Of a stretch of DNA of 59,535 nt, positions 6,539 through 16,286 are shown piece by piece. This stretch comes from Anaerolineae bacterium. Lineage in GTDB: Bacteria > Chloroflexota > Anaerolineae > E26-bin7. Position numbers and translations under genes: made by a program. The number at the start of each line of letters is the position of its first letter. Position 1 is the first letter of the stretch. The stretch covers positions 1 to 59,535 of the forward strand of contig JBGVTF010000292.1 of NCBI GenBank assembly GCA_041862415.1. The letters run 5' to 3'. The notes below the pieces were generated by a model. That model was not told the origin of the DNA and searched no databases. It saw nothing but the letters and a program-made list of their open reading frames with translations.

Positions 6539-9421
6539 TCAGGGCAATTCCTCCACAAAAACCATCACCTCCATGTTACCGCCCTGGAGAAAACGCATCA
6601 TTACATCGTCGGGTGAAATCTCGTCAGATTGTATGGTTATCTGGGTGTTCAGAAGTGTCTCGTTGTTGTAGCGATCCACATCTGTGATTTCCCCGCCGAT
6701 AGTCAAAACGTCATCCTGTTCCAGTTCAACTGTCACAAAGTTGACGTCAGGTGCACTGGTGGCATTACAGGAGGAACCGCCACATAAGCCAGGCGCGTTC
6801 GCCACCCTGAATATGTCTGCGACGAAGACCGTGCTGTGGTCCGGCAGGAAATAGCCGGTTGTATGCCCCCCGGCTGCATCAAACTCGAGTGTTGACACGT
6901 AGGTTCCAGAAGCCCAGAAGCTCCCCGTGATAGGTCCCACACCTCCGTGCGCTCTCTTCCACCAATCGCTACCCAAATCGCCGGTGTCAATCTGCCCGAA
7001 GGTGACTCTGACCATGCGTGGACACGGTTGTCCAACCCACGTTACGGTGTTGCTGGGAGGCGATTCCCGCCCGCCGCTGCCATAGCTGGTTACATGGAAC
7101 TCGTCTGATGTACCACAGGCAGGGCGCCACGAACTCGGAAAAGCATAGGTATATCTGGTAGCGCCAGCAGGAGTCCATCCACTACCTCCCGTAGCCGGTT
7201 CGTCCGATAGTCGCCTTGCGACAATTGCGCCGTTGCGATATATTCCAAACCCGCGGATGCTGGTGGGATCCCCGTAGTAGAACCAAGCCAGATATGCGCT
7301 ACCAGCATACTCGTACAATCCGATCTCTGGTGGATGGAAAGGTACGTCAGAGCACGAAACCAGACAGATACGATAACTGACCCAGAATGAGTGTCCGTCT
7401 GATCCACCCGAAGCCCTCTGCCCGATTACATGTCCATCCCAGTCCGAACTTCTATCCTCGTTCTCAAAAAGATGGATTTCCGTAATGGAGCCCAAATCGC
7501 GGTATGCAGGGTCGTCGGCATCGCACTCAATATGTATCTGCACTAGCTCCTCTGTCTCTGCCATTGTAGGCAGGCGATTTTCGCTGCCGAAATGTGTACC
7601 GAGGTCCCAGCTCCTCTCGCCCGCCGGGTCGAGGTTTTCAGCGTGAATCACTATGTCCGGATAAGGTGGATGCTCGATCACAACGTAGCAATTGACTCTT
7701 TCGTACTCGCGGAACACGCGGAACTCTAACGCCTCGATCTCTATGGGGGTTAGAATCTTTGGTACCCCGCCCCCGGGAGGGGGCGTACCGCCCGAAGGCG
7801 ATGGTACTGGGGGTATCCCAACAAGCCCGCCGGGAATCAATTGGAAGACTCTGACCACAGGATCATCCGTTGCCTCTTCATCATCGGAGATGCCGTTGCC
7901 ATTGCGGTCTTCTGCCATCCCAGGCGGCGGACAGCCCGCATGGGATGGCTGCCCTGCCTCGTCGGGACAGTGATCCACATCGTCGGCGAGACCGTCGCGA
8001 TCTCGGTCGCCCGCGCCAGTTACCGGGCAGCCGCCATTCGTCGCGGATCCTGCCTGATCAGGACACTGGTCGTCGCGGTCGCGCACACCATCGTTGTCTC
8101 GATCGGGACAGCCCGCAAGCCCAGCCAGACCATGCTCACTCGGACACGCGTCGCGCTCGCCGGCAACTTCATCGCCATCGTCGTCAGGGCAGCCCTCGTG
8201 CTGTGGCTCTCCCGGTTCGTCGGGGCAAGCATCTTGCGCATCGGCGATATCGTCGCCGTCGCGATCCCCGGGGGTTGGACAGCCGTCGCGTTCGCGCCAG
8301 CCCTCCTCACGCGGGCATGCATCCGTCGCATCGCCCACGCCATCGCCATCCGCATCCGGACAGCCACCAGCGCCCAACCAACCGGGTTGATCGGGGCAGC
8401 CGTCGGCACTATCGAGAACGCCGTCGCCATCACGGTCGTTCGCGATCGGCGCGGGGCAGCCTTGGTTGTCTGCCAAACCCGACGTGTCTGGACACGTATC
8501 GTTCGCATCCGCAACGCCATCGTTGTCTCGATCTGGACACCCTTTCGTATACGGCGTCCCGGATTGATCCGGACATCTGTCCATCTTGTCCGCCACATTA
8601 TCCTTGTCTCGATCGGCCGGTTGGCTCGCATTCACTTGGAGTGAGGCATGACTGCGTGCACCTGCTGCATTGAAGGCTCTCACGGTCACCGTGTGACTGC
8701 CGGCGTCGCGCGGCTGCCAGCGTGTGACCAGAGGCATTGGCGAGGCGCCGCCCGCGATGTTGCTGGTCTGCGCCTCTTGCAACTGCCCGTCCACCCACAG
8801 TTCGACACGGGTCACCTTTCCTTCGTCGCGGGCGATGGACTGGATGGTGATTTCCTGTCCCACTGGCACCTGCTGCCCGTGGCGGGGCGAATTGATCAAC
8901 ACCACCGGCCTTGCCTCGGGCCTTGGCCACAGGAAGTAGTAGCCTAATGCAGCCGCCACAGCCAGGAGGCCGCACAGTCCCACCAACACAACCAGTAGAG
9001 GCAGGGCAACCCTGCCCCTGGCGCGCGGTCGTGGTGGGGGCGGAGCGTAGGCTGGCGGCGCAGCGGGGCGCGGCGGTACATGGGCTGGCAACATAGCTTG
9101 GAAGCCAAGGAGTAGCGTCGGGCCCAGGCCGATGACATCGCCCGGTTGTAGCACCTGGGGGGCGGTGAGGCGCACCCCGTTGACGAAAGTGCCGTTGGCA
9201 CTGCCCAGGTCCTGGATGATGAATTGTCGGCCATCCCAGGTCAAGCTGGCGTGGCGGCGGGAGATCTGGGGGTCGTTGATCGCCACGTCGTTGCCCACCT
9301 CGCGGCCGATGATGATGGTGGGCTTGGTCAGAGAGAAGCGTTGGCCAGGCTGGGGGCCCTGGCGCACGATCAGCTCAACCGAGGGCGGTTGAGAGCCTGT
9401 TGGGGGATATGCTCTTGCCAT
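6539..9421 (-). CDS. FHA - Pro-rich - TM - Ig-like - thrombospondin type-3 repeats - FN3-like surface protein (copy A)
   Basis: Same architecture as 1062-3962: near-identical FHA, 8+1 TSP3 repeats, ESPPSN; divergent C-terminal half. Confidence 0.85.
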   Translation of the reverse strand: MARAYPPTGSQPPSVELIVRQGPQPGQRFSLTKPTIIIGREVGNDVAINDPQISRRHASLTWDGRQFIIQDLGSANGTFVNGVRLTAPQVLQPGDVIGLGPTLLLGFQAMLPAHVPPRPAAPPAYAPPPPRPRARGRVALPLLVVLVGLCGLLAVAAALGYYFLWPRPEARPVVLINSPRHGQQVPVGQEITIQSIARDEGKVTRVELWVDGQLQEAQTSNIAGGASPMPLVTRWQPRDAGSHTVTVRAFNAAGARSHASLQVNASQPADRDKDNVADKMDRCPDQSGTPYTKGCPDRDNDGVADANDTCPDTSGLADNQGCPAPIANDRDGDGVLDSADGCPDQPGWLGAGGCPDADGDGVGDATDACPREEGWRERDGCPTPGDRDGDDIADAQDACPDEPGEPQHEGCPDDDGDEVAGERDACPSEHGLAGLAGCPDRDNDGVRDRDDQCPDQAGSATNGGCPVTGAGDRDRDGLADDVDHCPDEAGQPSHAGCPPPGMAEDRNGNGISDDEEATDDPVVRVFQLIPGGLVGIPPVPSPSGGTPPPGGGVPKILTPIEIEALEFRVFREYERVNCYVVIEHPPYPDIVIHAENLDPAGERSWDLGTHFGSENRLPTMAETEELVQIHIECDADDPAYRDLGSITEIHLFENEDRSSDWDGHVIGQRASGGSDGHSFWVSYRICLVSCSDVPFHPPEIGLYEYAGSAYLAWFYYGDPTSIRGFGIYRNGAIVARRLSDEPATGGSGWTPAGATRYTYAFPSSWRPACGTSDEFHVTSYGSGGRESPPSNTVTWVGQPCPRMVRVTFGQIDTGDLGSDWWKRAHGGVGPITGSFWASGTYVSTLEFDAAGGHTTGYFLPDHSTVFVADIFRVANAPGLCGGSSCNATSAPDVNFVTVELEQDDVLTIGGEITDVDRYNNETLLNTQITIQSDEISPDDVMMRFLQGGNMEVMVFVEELP

Positions 9422-9448
9422 TGTCAGAACCTCCTATTCTCTAGCGAA

Positions 9449-9532
9449 GCTTCGCCGTTCGGCTCAGCCCTCGGCCTGAGGACCTCGGCTGAGCTCGGTC
9501 GAAGCCCTCGGGCCGAAGGCCCACGACGAAGC
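9449..9532. repeat. Nested palindromic REP-like cluster
   Basis: GCTTCGCCG..CGACGAAGC flanks with internal GGCTCAG / CTGAGCTCGGTCGAAG motifs; absent from the 25-bp gap between the equivalent genes in copy B. Confidence 0.55.
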
Positions 9533-9669
9533 CTTAAACCGACGAGATACCAACCACCCCTCACAGACGGAAGGGAACACAGACAAGAAAACAAATCAAT
9601 GCGTCCGTGTTTCTTTTCTGCCCGTGGGAAAAACTCGCTGATTTGTGCAAATGCTGGTCATTGTAAGAC

Positions 9670-11139
9670 CTATTCCAGCGATATCGAGAAATGGGACCAC
9701 GGAGCCCAATCGCTGTAGTTGCCGGCGCCGTCCTGAGCGCGCACTGTCCAGCGGTATTGGATGCCACAATCCACGCTTGCGTCCACCTGCTTGCCGCTCA
9801 CCGACCCCCACCCGCCCGCCGACTGCCAGTTGCCAGGTGTCACCTGTTTCTGCAGCTTAACGTAGTAGACGACGGGACCGCCGCTGTCATCGCTGACCGG
9901 CATCCAGACCAGGGTCTGGGAAGATTTGCAGGCAATCTCCAATCCGTTGGCTGGCACGGCCGGCGACGGGACTGGCGGCGGCGTGGTATCCTGGGGCGGT
10001 GGCGGTGGCGCTTCACACTGCCCGGAGACACGGATGGTCACGGACAGATTTTGCTCCGAGCCATCGCTCCTTACCGCGCGCAAAGTATGGGTCTCATCCT
10101 GGCAAGGGCAGGTCTGGAAACTGCCGTCGTCGCCCGCTCCGGGCTGCCCATTTACCCAATAGGCTTGGACGTTTGACACATGCCAGTGAACGGTGGTACA
10201 TGATCCCGCTTCGATGTTCTCGTTGTCGGCCCAGAGTCGGATGTCGGATGGCGGCGGTAGTGGAATGGTGGGAGTGGGCGTGAAGGTGGGTGTAGGCGGC
10301 TCCTGTGTGATCGTGGGCGTGGGAGTTGGGGTATCGGTCGGGGTCGGGGTGCCGGTAGGCGTAATCGGCGGTGCACCGCTGCAGAGACGGATCTCGGCAA
10401 AGGCATTATTCGCCTCATTGCTTTCGGCGATCACATCGGTGGAATCGAGGTTGATGCCGATGTAGGGCGAACCGTCAAACTGATAGACGAAGGTAGCTTC
10501 ATCACTCGCCCCGGGCGGGAGCCCACCCGCAACAGTCGTCGCCAATTGCGGCACGCCGTTGAAATGAAACTGGATGGTAAAGTCGCTCGGCACCGCCGCC
10601 GTGCCAGCGTTGCGATAAGTGACGCGCGTGTTGCAGAAGGGGACCTCGCCCTTATAACCTGCGACGACCGCCTCGACACTGACGATGGCGAGGTCAGGCG
10701 CGTCGGGAAGGGGCGTGATCTCGGGGGTATCGGTCGGCCCCCGTGCAACCTCACTCACCACCCTGACGCTGATCGTAGCCGGGTTGCTGGTCGCCCCGGC
10801 TGTGTCGTAGGTCACGACGTGCAGGGTGTAGATGCCCTCCTCCTGTGGGAGCCACTCTTGTGTGACCTCGCTGAAGGAAGCTCCCGGCTGCGCCGGGGGA
10901 TCGCGCCGGTAGGCTTCCCCATCCACCGAAAGCAACACCTCGGCCACGCCCTCCTGAGCGTAGGCGTGGGAGATCACGGACACAGGGGTGCCGACGGGCA
11001 CATTAGACCCATCCCGGGGGTAATCAATCCAGGCCCGGGGTCCGGTTTGCACCTCCTCCCCGCAGGAGAGCGTCCCTCCCATCAAAGCGGAGAGGGCTAG
11101 GGTAAGAATGAATCTCCATAACAAGCGCCGTGTGTTCAT
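9670..11139 (-). CDS. Lipoprotein with Ig-like, CARDB, PT linker and FN3-like domains (copy A)
   Basis: Lipobox TLSC; CARDB signature PDLAIVSV..RNAG..ESNEANN; otherwise a paralog of 3988-5148. Confidence 0.85.
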   Translation of the reverse strand: MNTRRLLWRFILTLALSALMGGTLSCGEEVQTGPRAWIDYPRDGSNVPVGTPVSVISHAYAQEGVAEVLLSVDGEAYRRDPPAQPGASFSEVTQEWLPQEEGIYTLHVVTYDTAGATSNPATISVRVVSEVARGPTDTPEITPLPDAPDLAIVSVEAVVAGYKGEVPFCNTRVTYRNAGTAAVPSDFTIQFHFNGVPQLATTVAGGLPPGASDEATFVYQFDGSPYIGINLDSTDVIAESNEANNAFAEIRLCSGAPPITPTGTPTPTDTPTPTPTITQEPPTPTFTPTPTIPLPPPSDIRLWADNENIEAGSCTTVHWHVSNVQAYWVNGQPGAGDDGSFQTCPCQDETHTLRAVRSDGSEQNLSVTIRVSGQCEAPPPPPQDTTPPPVPSPAVPANGLEIACKSSQTLVWMPVSDDSGGPVVYYVKLQKQVTPGNWQSAGGWGSVSGKQVDASVDCGIQYRWTVRAQDGAGNYSDWAPWSHFSISLE

Positions 11140-11252
11140 TTTTTTACCTCCTCGTTTTTGGGCCTTCCCACAGGGGGAGAGGCTGAAAGGAAACGGGCAC
11201 CGGATAAGTTATTAATCAGTCCAGCTTGGATAGAAGGGCAGAGCTTCCCCCA

Positions 11253-11309
11253 CCAATGACAAAAGCCGCCCCCGAATTAATCAGGAGGCGGCTGTGTAGG
11301 CATCATTGG
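11253..11309 (-). terminator. Leader terminator/attenuator hairpin (copy A)
   Basis: AGCCGCCTCC..GGGGGCGGCTTTT, as in copy B. Confidence 0.7.
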
Positions 11310-11379
11310 CACGGACCCCGCTCCAGAGAGCTCAAGAATTAGGGATACCAGGCATTCAGAGTAGGCAACTCTGCGTCAA
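11306..11379 (-). ncRNA. Candidate cis-regulatory RNA (riboswitch-like leader), copy A
   Basis: Perfect CAGAGT/ACTCTG hairpin, GCTC-TCTG-GAGC hairpin, closing stem TTGACGC/GTGCCAA. Confidence 0.5.
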
Positions 11380-11408
11380 TCTCTTTTTTTTATTGCGTGG
11401 ATGCAGTT

Positions 11409-11437
11409 ATTATATCATACTCTAGCGTCTTTGACAA
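11409..11437 (-). promoter_or_regulatory. sigma70-type promoter
   Basis: TTGTCA-17 bp-TATAAT with TGn extension. Confidence 0.75.
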
Positions 11438-11466
11438 GCGGGCTGCCCTTGCCCCCAACGCTCAAA

Positions 11467-12375
11467 CTAGGCCAGGGCGCGGGCAATGCGGGCGGCGACG
11501 CGGGCGTTGTTGACCAGCAGGGCCACGTTGGCTCGCTGGCTGCGGCCAGCGGTCAGCTCGACGACCCGGGCCAGGACGAAGGGGGTGAGAGCCTTGCCAG
11601 CGATGTCGGCTGCGTCCGCCTGTCGGATGGCCTCTTCAATGGCCGCTTCCGCTTCCTCGTGGGGCAGTGCCGCTTCAGCCGGAACAGGCACCGTCACCAG
11701 CGTGGCATGGGTCAAGTCCAACGCCCGGCGCGCCCGCACGATAGCCGCTACATCTTCCGCCCCCTCCACTCGCACGTCAACGGCCAGCCCGCTCGAAGGG
11801 GAGTAGAAGGCGGGCAATGTGTCGGTGCCATAGCCGACGATGGGCACACCCTGGGTCTCCAGCACCTCCAGGGTGAGCGGCAGGTCCAGAATCGCCTTGG
11901 CACCACTACAGACCACCGTGACCGGCGTGCGACCCAGTTCGACTAGATCAGCCGATACGTCGAAAGGGTGACCACGGTGCACGCCGCCGATGCCGCCCGT
12001 AGCAAAAACCTCGATGCCGGCTTTATGGGCCACGACCATCGTCCCGGCCACTGTGGTCGCAGCGTCCTCACTGCGCCCCACGGCGATGGACAGGTCGCGG
12101 CGGCTGCACTTGCGGACTGCCTGGCGTGGCCGTGTGCCCAGGTACTCCAGCTCGCCATCCGCCAGCCCGACCGTGATCTGTCCCCCCAGAACGGCAATGG
12201 TTGCTGGCACGGCACCCTGCCCACGGACGGCCGCTTCCATGGCCCGCGCCGTCTCCAGGTTGGTCGGGTAAGCGAGGCCGTGGGTGATCAGTGTGGATTC
12301 CAGAGCGACGACGGCCTGCCCCTCGGCCAGCGCTGCTTCGACTTCGGGATGAAAAACCAGTGGGTAGTCGGTCAT
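11467..12375 (-). CDS. psuG: Pseudouridine-5'-phosphate glycosidase
   Basis: VVALESTLITHG, KCSRRD, ATTVAGTM, FATGGIGGVHR, DVSADL, GKALTPFVL, NNA motifs. Confidence 0.95.
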   Translation of the reverse strand: MTDYPLVFHPEVEAALAEGQAVVALESTLITHGLAYPTNLETARAMEAAVRGQGAVPATIAVLGGQITVGLADGELEYLGTRPRQAVRKCSRRDLSIAVGRSEDAATTVAGTMVVAHKAGIEVFATGGIGGVHRGHPFDVSADLVELGRTPVTVVCSGAKAILDLPLTLEVLETQGVPIVGYGTDTLPAFYSPSSGLAVDVRVEGAEDVAAIVRARRALDLTHATLVTVPVPAEAALPHEEAEAAIEEAIRQADAADIAGKALTPFVLARVVELTAGRSQRANVALLVNNARVAARIARALA

Positions 12376-12396
12376 TCGGCTATCACCTCTGCGAGT

Positions 12397-12550
12397 CTCA
12401 GTAGATCACAATTGTCACCCTGAGCTTGTCGAAGGGGTCTCGTTACAAGAGGAAACGAGATTCTTCGTCGCGTCGCTCCTCAGAATGACACAGCGTTGCC
12501 TGTTTTGGGCTGTCAGTTTGCCCAACTCTCCGAAAATCGTGATTACTGAG
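12397..12550. repeat. REP/MITE-like palindromic element
   Basis: TGTCACCCTGAGCTTGTCGAAGG..GAGATTCTTCG..CTCAGAATGACA (12413-12490) inside an outer imperfect inverted repeat CTCAGTAGATCAC/GTGATTACTGAG. Confidence 0.6.
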
Positions 12551-12615
12551 TCTGATTGACACTCCAGAGCAGCGGAACAAGTTCCGCTACTCCGCTGATA
12601 CAGTCTGTACGTACG

Positions 12616-13509
12616 TCACGTCCGCAGGCGGGGGTCCAGGGCATCGCGCAACCCATCACCCAGCAGGTTGACCGAAAGGACGGTGAGCATGATGGTCAAC
12701 CCTGGAGCGATGGTGATCCAGGGCGCTGGGCGCATGTAGCCCCGCCCCTCACTCAGCATGGCTCCCCATTCAGGCGTAGGGGGTTGGGCCCCCAGGCCGA
12801 GGAAACTCAGCGAAGAGGCGTTGAGGATGGCCCAGGCAATGTCCAGCGTGGTCAGGACGACGATGGGGGCCAGGACGTTGGGCAGAATATGCCGGAGCAG
12901 GATGCGCCCGTGCCGGCAACCAATGGTGCGCGCCGCCCGCACGTACAGGTTTTTCTTGACTGCCAGGACGCTGCTCCGCACCAGCCGCGTGTAGCTGGGA
13001 ATGCCAGCGATGCCCACAGCGATCATGACGTTGAGCAGGCCAGGCCCCAGCAAGGCCACGATGCCCAGGGCCAAGAGGATGCCGGGGAAGGACAGCATCA
13101 GGTCCATTAACCTCATGATAAGGCCATCTACCCAGCTCCTGTAATAGCCAGCTATCAGGCCCAGGGCCGTCCCTGGCACAGAGGCAATGAGCACGGCCAC
13201 AACCCCCGCCAACAGTGAAACCCGCCCTCCAAAGAGCAAACGGCTGAAAATGTCCCGTCCAAAGAGGTCGGTTCCGGCCCAATGAGCGGCACTGGGAGGC
13301 TTCAGTTGCACCTCGGGAGCCACCGCAAGAGGGTCATAAGGGGCAATTAAGGGTGCAAGGATGGTCGTACAGACCATGATTGCCAGAATAAACAGGCCCA
13401 GCAGAGCTCCCACGTTCCGCCGCAGTTGGCGCCGGGTGACGAGGGGAGGGATTTCTCTGGACGGTGGCCTCTTGCGGGTTGGGATAGGGAAACGGCGTCT
13501 CTTCGTCAT
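12616..13509 (-). CDS. Dipeptide/oligopeptide/nickel-family ABC permease (DppC-like)
   Basis: GTDLFGRD, YVRAARTIG, HILPN, LSFLGLG..PPTPEWG, GDGLRDALDP. Confidence 0.93.
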   Translation of the reverse strand: MTKRRRFPIPTRKRPPSREIPPLVTRRQLRRNVGALLGLFILAIMVCTTILAPLIAPYDPLAVAPEVQLKPPSAAHWAGTDLFGRDIFSRLLFGGRVSLLAGVVAVLIASVPGTALGLIAGYYRSWVDGLIMRLMDLMLSFPGILLALGIVALLGPGLLNVMIAVGIAGIPSYTRLVRSSVLAVKKNLYVRAARTIGCRHGRILLRHILPNVLAPIVVLTTLDIAWAILNASSLSFLGLGAQPPTPEWGAMLSEGRGYMRPAPWITIAPGLTIMLTVLSVNLLGDGLRDALDPRLRT

Positions 13510-13510
13510 C

Positions 13511-14440
13511 TCACAGCCCGTCGTGGCGGATTTGAGGGTCGGTGAAGGCGTAGGAGATGTCCACCAGCAGATTGACCAGGGTGTAGGTCACGGCTGCCAA
13601 CAGCACACCGCCCTGAACTAGCGGGAAATCTTTCCACAGTATGGCGTCCACGATCAAGCGGCCGATGCCCTGCCGCGAGAAGACCGTCTCAGTGACCACC
13701 GCACCGCCCAGCAGGAAGCCGAATTGCAAACCCACCACTGTGATGACCGGGATGAGGGCGTTTTTGAGAGCGTGATGGGTTAGTATCAGGCGCTCACTGA
13801 GGCCCTTGGCCCTGGCTGTGGTGATGTACTCTTTATACAGCACTTCTAGCAGGCTGGAACGGACCAGGCGGGCGATGGTCCCGGAGGAAGCAAAGCCCAG
13901 CACAACAGCGGGCATGAGGAGATGTCTCAAGCCCCCTTGCCCTGTGGCCGGTAGCCAATGCAACGTCGAAGAGAAGAGCAGGATCAACAACAACCCCGAC
14001 CAGAAGATGGGCACAGACACCCCTGTCACGGCAAGGGTCATGCAGGCGTTGTCCAGCCACGAATTGTGATTCAGAGCAGCCAGAATCCCCAATCCGGTGC
14101 CCAGGGCAATGGCTACCAGCATGGCCGCCAGGGCCAGCTCGATGGTGCTGGGTAATTGCTCCAGGATGGTCTGCAAGACGGGACGATTGGTGAAGATGGA
14201 GCGGCCCAGATCACCGCGTAGAGTGTTCAGCAGGAAACGGCCGTATTGGACGTGGAGGGGATCATCGAGGCCCAATTGGGTTCGCAGGTAGGCAATGGAT
14301 TCGGCTGACCCTCCCGATTCGGCCAACATCAGTTCGGCCGGGTCGCCGGGCAGGAGGTGAATGGCCAAGAAGACCAGAGTGGTCACACCCCACAGCACAG
14401 GGATGGAGGCAAGTAAACGTTTGCCGATAAATTGTAACAT
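13511..14440 (-). CDS. Dipeptide/oligopeptide/nickel-family ABC permease (DppB-like)
   Basis: LPGDP, GLDDP, GDLGRS, YITTARAKGL, HALKNA, ETVF, DFPLVQG. Confidence 0.93.
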   Translation of the reverse strand: MLQFIGKRLLASIPVLWGVTTLVFLAIHLLPGDPAELMLAESGGSAESIAYLRTQLGLDDPLHVQYGRFLLNTLRGDLGRSIFTNRPVLQTILEQLPSTIELALAAMLVAIALGTGLGILAALNHNSWLDNACMTLAVTGVSVPIFWSGLLLILLFSSTLHWLPATGQGGLRHLLMPAVVLGFASSGTIARLVRSSLLEVLYKEYITTARAKGLSERLILTHHALKNALIPVITVVGLQFGFLLGGAVVTETVFSRQGIGRLIVDAILWKDFPLVQGGVLLAAVTYTLVNLLVDISYAFTDPQIRHDGL

Positions 14441-16095
14441 TATTGTTCTAAGTACGCGTCATACAACCACGGAAACCAGCCGCGCAGATCGTAGCGCAAC
14501 CCCTTGACCCTGGCGCTGGTCGCGTTCAAATTGACGTAATCTCGAATGGGAAGGATCAAGGCTTCGGCCATGATGAGTTGCTGGGCTTCGGCGTACAGTT
14601 CTCTGCGCCTGCCCAGGTCCAACGTGCGTGCCCCATTCTCCAGAAGCTCATCCAGCCTCGGGTCCCTGATCTTGGACCAGTTGAAGCCACTATCGGCGTT
14701 ACTCGAGTGGAAGAAGGTACGCAGGATGTCGGGGTCACTGCTGGACAGGCTGAAAGGAACAAGGTGGTGCTTTCCCTCGCGGGCTGCCTCCAGCGCCGCC
14801 GGGTAAGCGACCACCTGGCTCTCCATTTCAATGCCCACAGCTTTAAACTGCGCTTGTAAGAGTTGAGCCACCTCTGGAACGTATCCCCAGCCCATGAGGT
14901 AGGCTTCCAGCTTCAGCGGTTGGCCGTCCTTCTCGCGTATCCCGTCGCCGTCGCTTTCCACCCAGCCTGCTTCCTCCAACAGCGTCTCGGCCTTTGCCGG
15001 GTCATACTCGTACATCCCCACCACGCCCTCGTCGTAACCAATGGTGAAAGCGTTGAGAGGGCCGTGGGCTACAGGCGAGTACTCTCTGAAGATGGCTTTG
15101 ACGATGGCCTCTTTGTCAGTGGCGTAGTTAAGAGCCTGGCGGACTTTTAGGTCATCGGCGGGAGCCTTCTCGGTGTTCAGGAAGAACTGGAGCGACTGGC
15201 CCGGTATGGCCACCGGCAAAAGGGTGAAAGCGGGATTGTCTGCCAGGCGTTCCGCGTCGTGGGGCGGGATTTCGCCCATCACGTCGGCTTCGCCTCCCTC
15301 CAGCGCCAGAGCGCGGGTGGCTGGCTCGACAAAGAAGCGGAACTCGATTTCCTCAAGGTAGGCTGGCCCCTGATGATTAAAGGTGGACGGTGCCCAATTG
15401 TAATCGGGGTTGCGCACCAGGGTCAGATGGTCCTTGGGGATGTATTCTTTCATGATGAAAGGACCTGTGCCCACTTGATGCAATTGATAATCGGCGCCCC
15501 ATTTCTCGACGGCAGTCGGCGAAGCCATACCCAGGTAGACCTGGCTGGCTGAATCCAGGAAAGGGGCGTAAGGTTCCTTGAAGTGCACCTTGACTGTATA
15601 GTCGTCAACTATTTCTGTGGACTCGTAAGGCCCTAGCATGAAGACAGCCTTCTGGGACTTGGTAGCCGGATCAGCAATCCGGTTCAAGTTGAACTTGACC
15701 GCCTGGGCGTTGAAGGGGGTGCCATCGTGGAAGACCACGTCATCCCGCAGGTGGAAGGTGTAAGTCAGCTCGTCGTCGGAGACTTCCCACGATTTGGCCA
15801 GGCCAGGCACGAACTCTCCGCCCAGGTCTTGCCAGACCAGGGTATCGTAGACACTAGTCAAGGGGATGCCCAGCTCAGATGAAGCGTGAACGTGAGGATC
15901 AATGCCTGAAGGAGTCAGGGTCAGGCCATAGATCAGTGTGCCCCCCTCGAGCGCAGGCACTTCTGCCGCTGGAGATTCCTCCACGACAGAGGTTGGGACC
16001 GCTGTCGGGGGCTCCGAAGTAGGCCCACAGGCTATAGCGGCCAGAATTAGAACCAGAGTCGTGGTTGTCAATGTGAGTGATTTGATGGATTTCAT
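14440..16095 (-). CDS. ABC substrate-binding lipoprotein, family 5
   Basis: Lipobox IAC; PGLAKSWEVS, FHDGTPFNAQAVKF, GTGPF, VRQALNYA. Confidence 0.93.
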   Translation of the reverse strand: MKSIKSLTLTTTTLVLILAAIACGPTSEPPTAVPTSVVEESPAAEVPALEGGTLIYGLTLTPSGIDPHVHASSELGIPLTSVYDTLVWQDLGGEFVPGLAKSWEVSDDELTYTFHLRDDVVFHDGTPFNAQAVKFNLNRIADPATKSQKAVFMLGPYESTEIVDDYTVKVHFKEPYAPFLDSASQVYLGMASPTAVEKWGADYQLHQVGTGPFIMKEYIPKDHLTLVRNPDYNWAPSTFNHQGPAYLEEIEFRFFVEPATRALALEGGEADVMGEIPPHDAERLADNPAFTLLPVAIPGQSLQFFLNTEKAPADDLKVRQALNYATDKEAIVKAIFREYSPVAHGPLNAFTIGYDEGVVGMYEYDPAKAETLLEEAGWVESDGDGIREKDGQPLKLEAYLMGWGYVPEVAQLLQAQFKAVGIEMESQVVAYPAALEAAREGKHHLVPFSLSSSDPDILRTFFHSSNADSGFNWSKIRDPRLDELLENGARTLDLGRRRELYAEAQQLIMAEALILPIRDYVNLNATSARVKGLRYDLRGWFPWLYDAYLEQ

Positions 16096-16122
16096 CTGGC
16101 TCTCCTTGGACGTTTATGAGTT

Positions 16123-16151
16123 ATTATACCACCCTCTGACTATCCTGGCAA
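16123..16151 (-). promoter_or_regulatory. sigma70 promoter of the ABC operon
   Basis: TTGCCA-17-TATAAT with TG. Confidence 0.65.
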
Positions 16152-16286
16152 TTTCAACGCGACTGTTACACACTGGGGAAACGATCCCGTCAGGGAATTC
16201 GGGCCAATGTGATGATGATTATGGGATGGAGTCCATCGGCATTAAGCTGGAACACTGAATGGCCCTACAACTCTCGAGGCTGTGAT

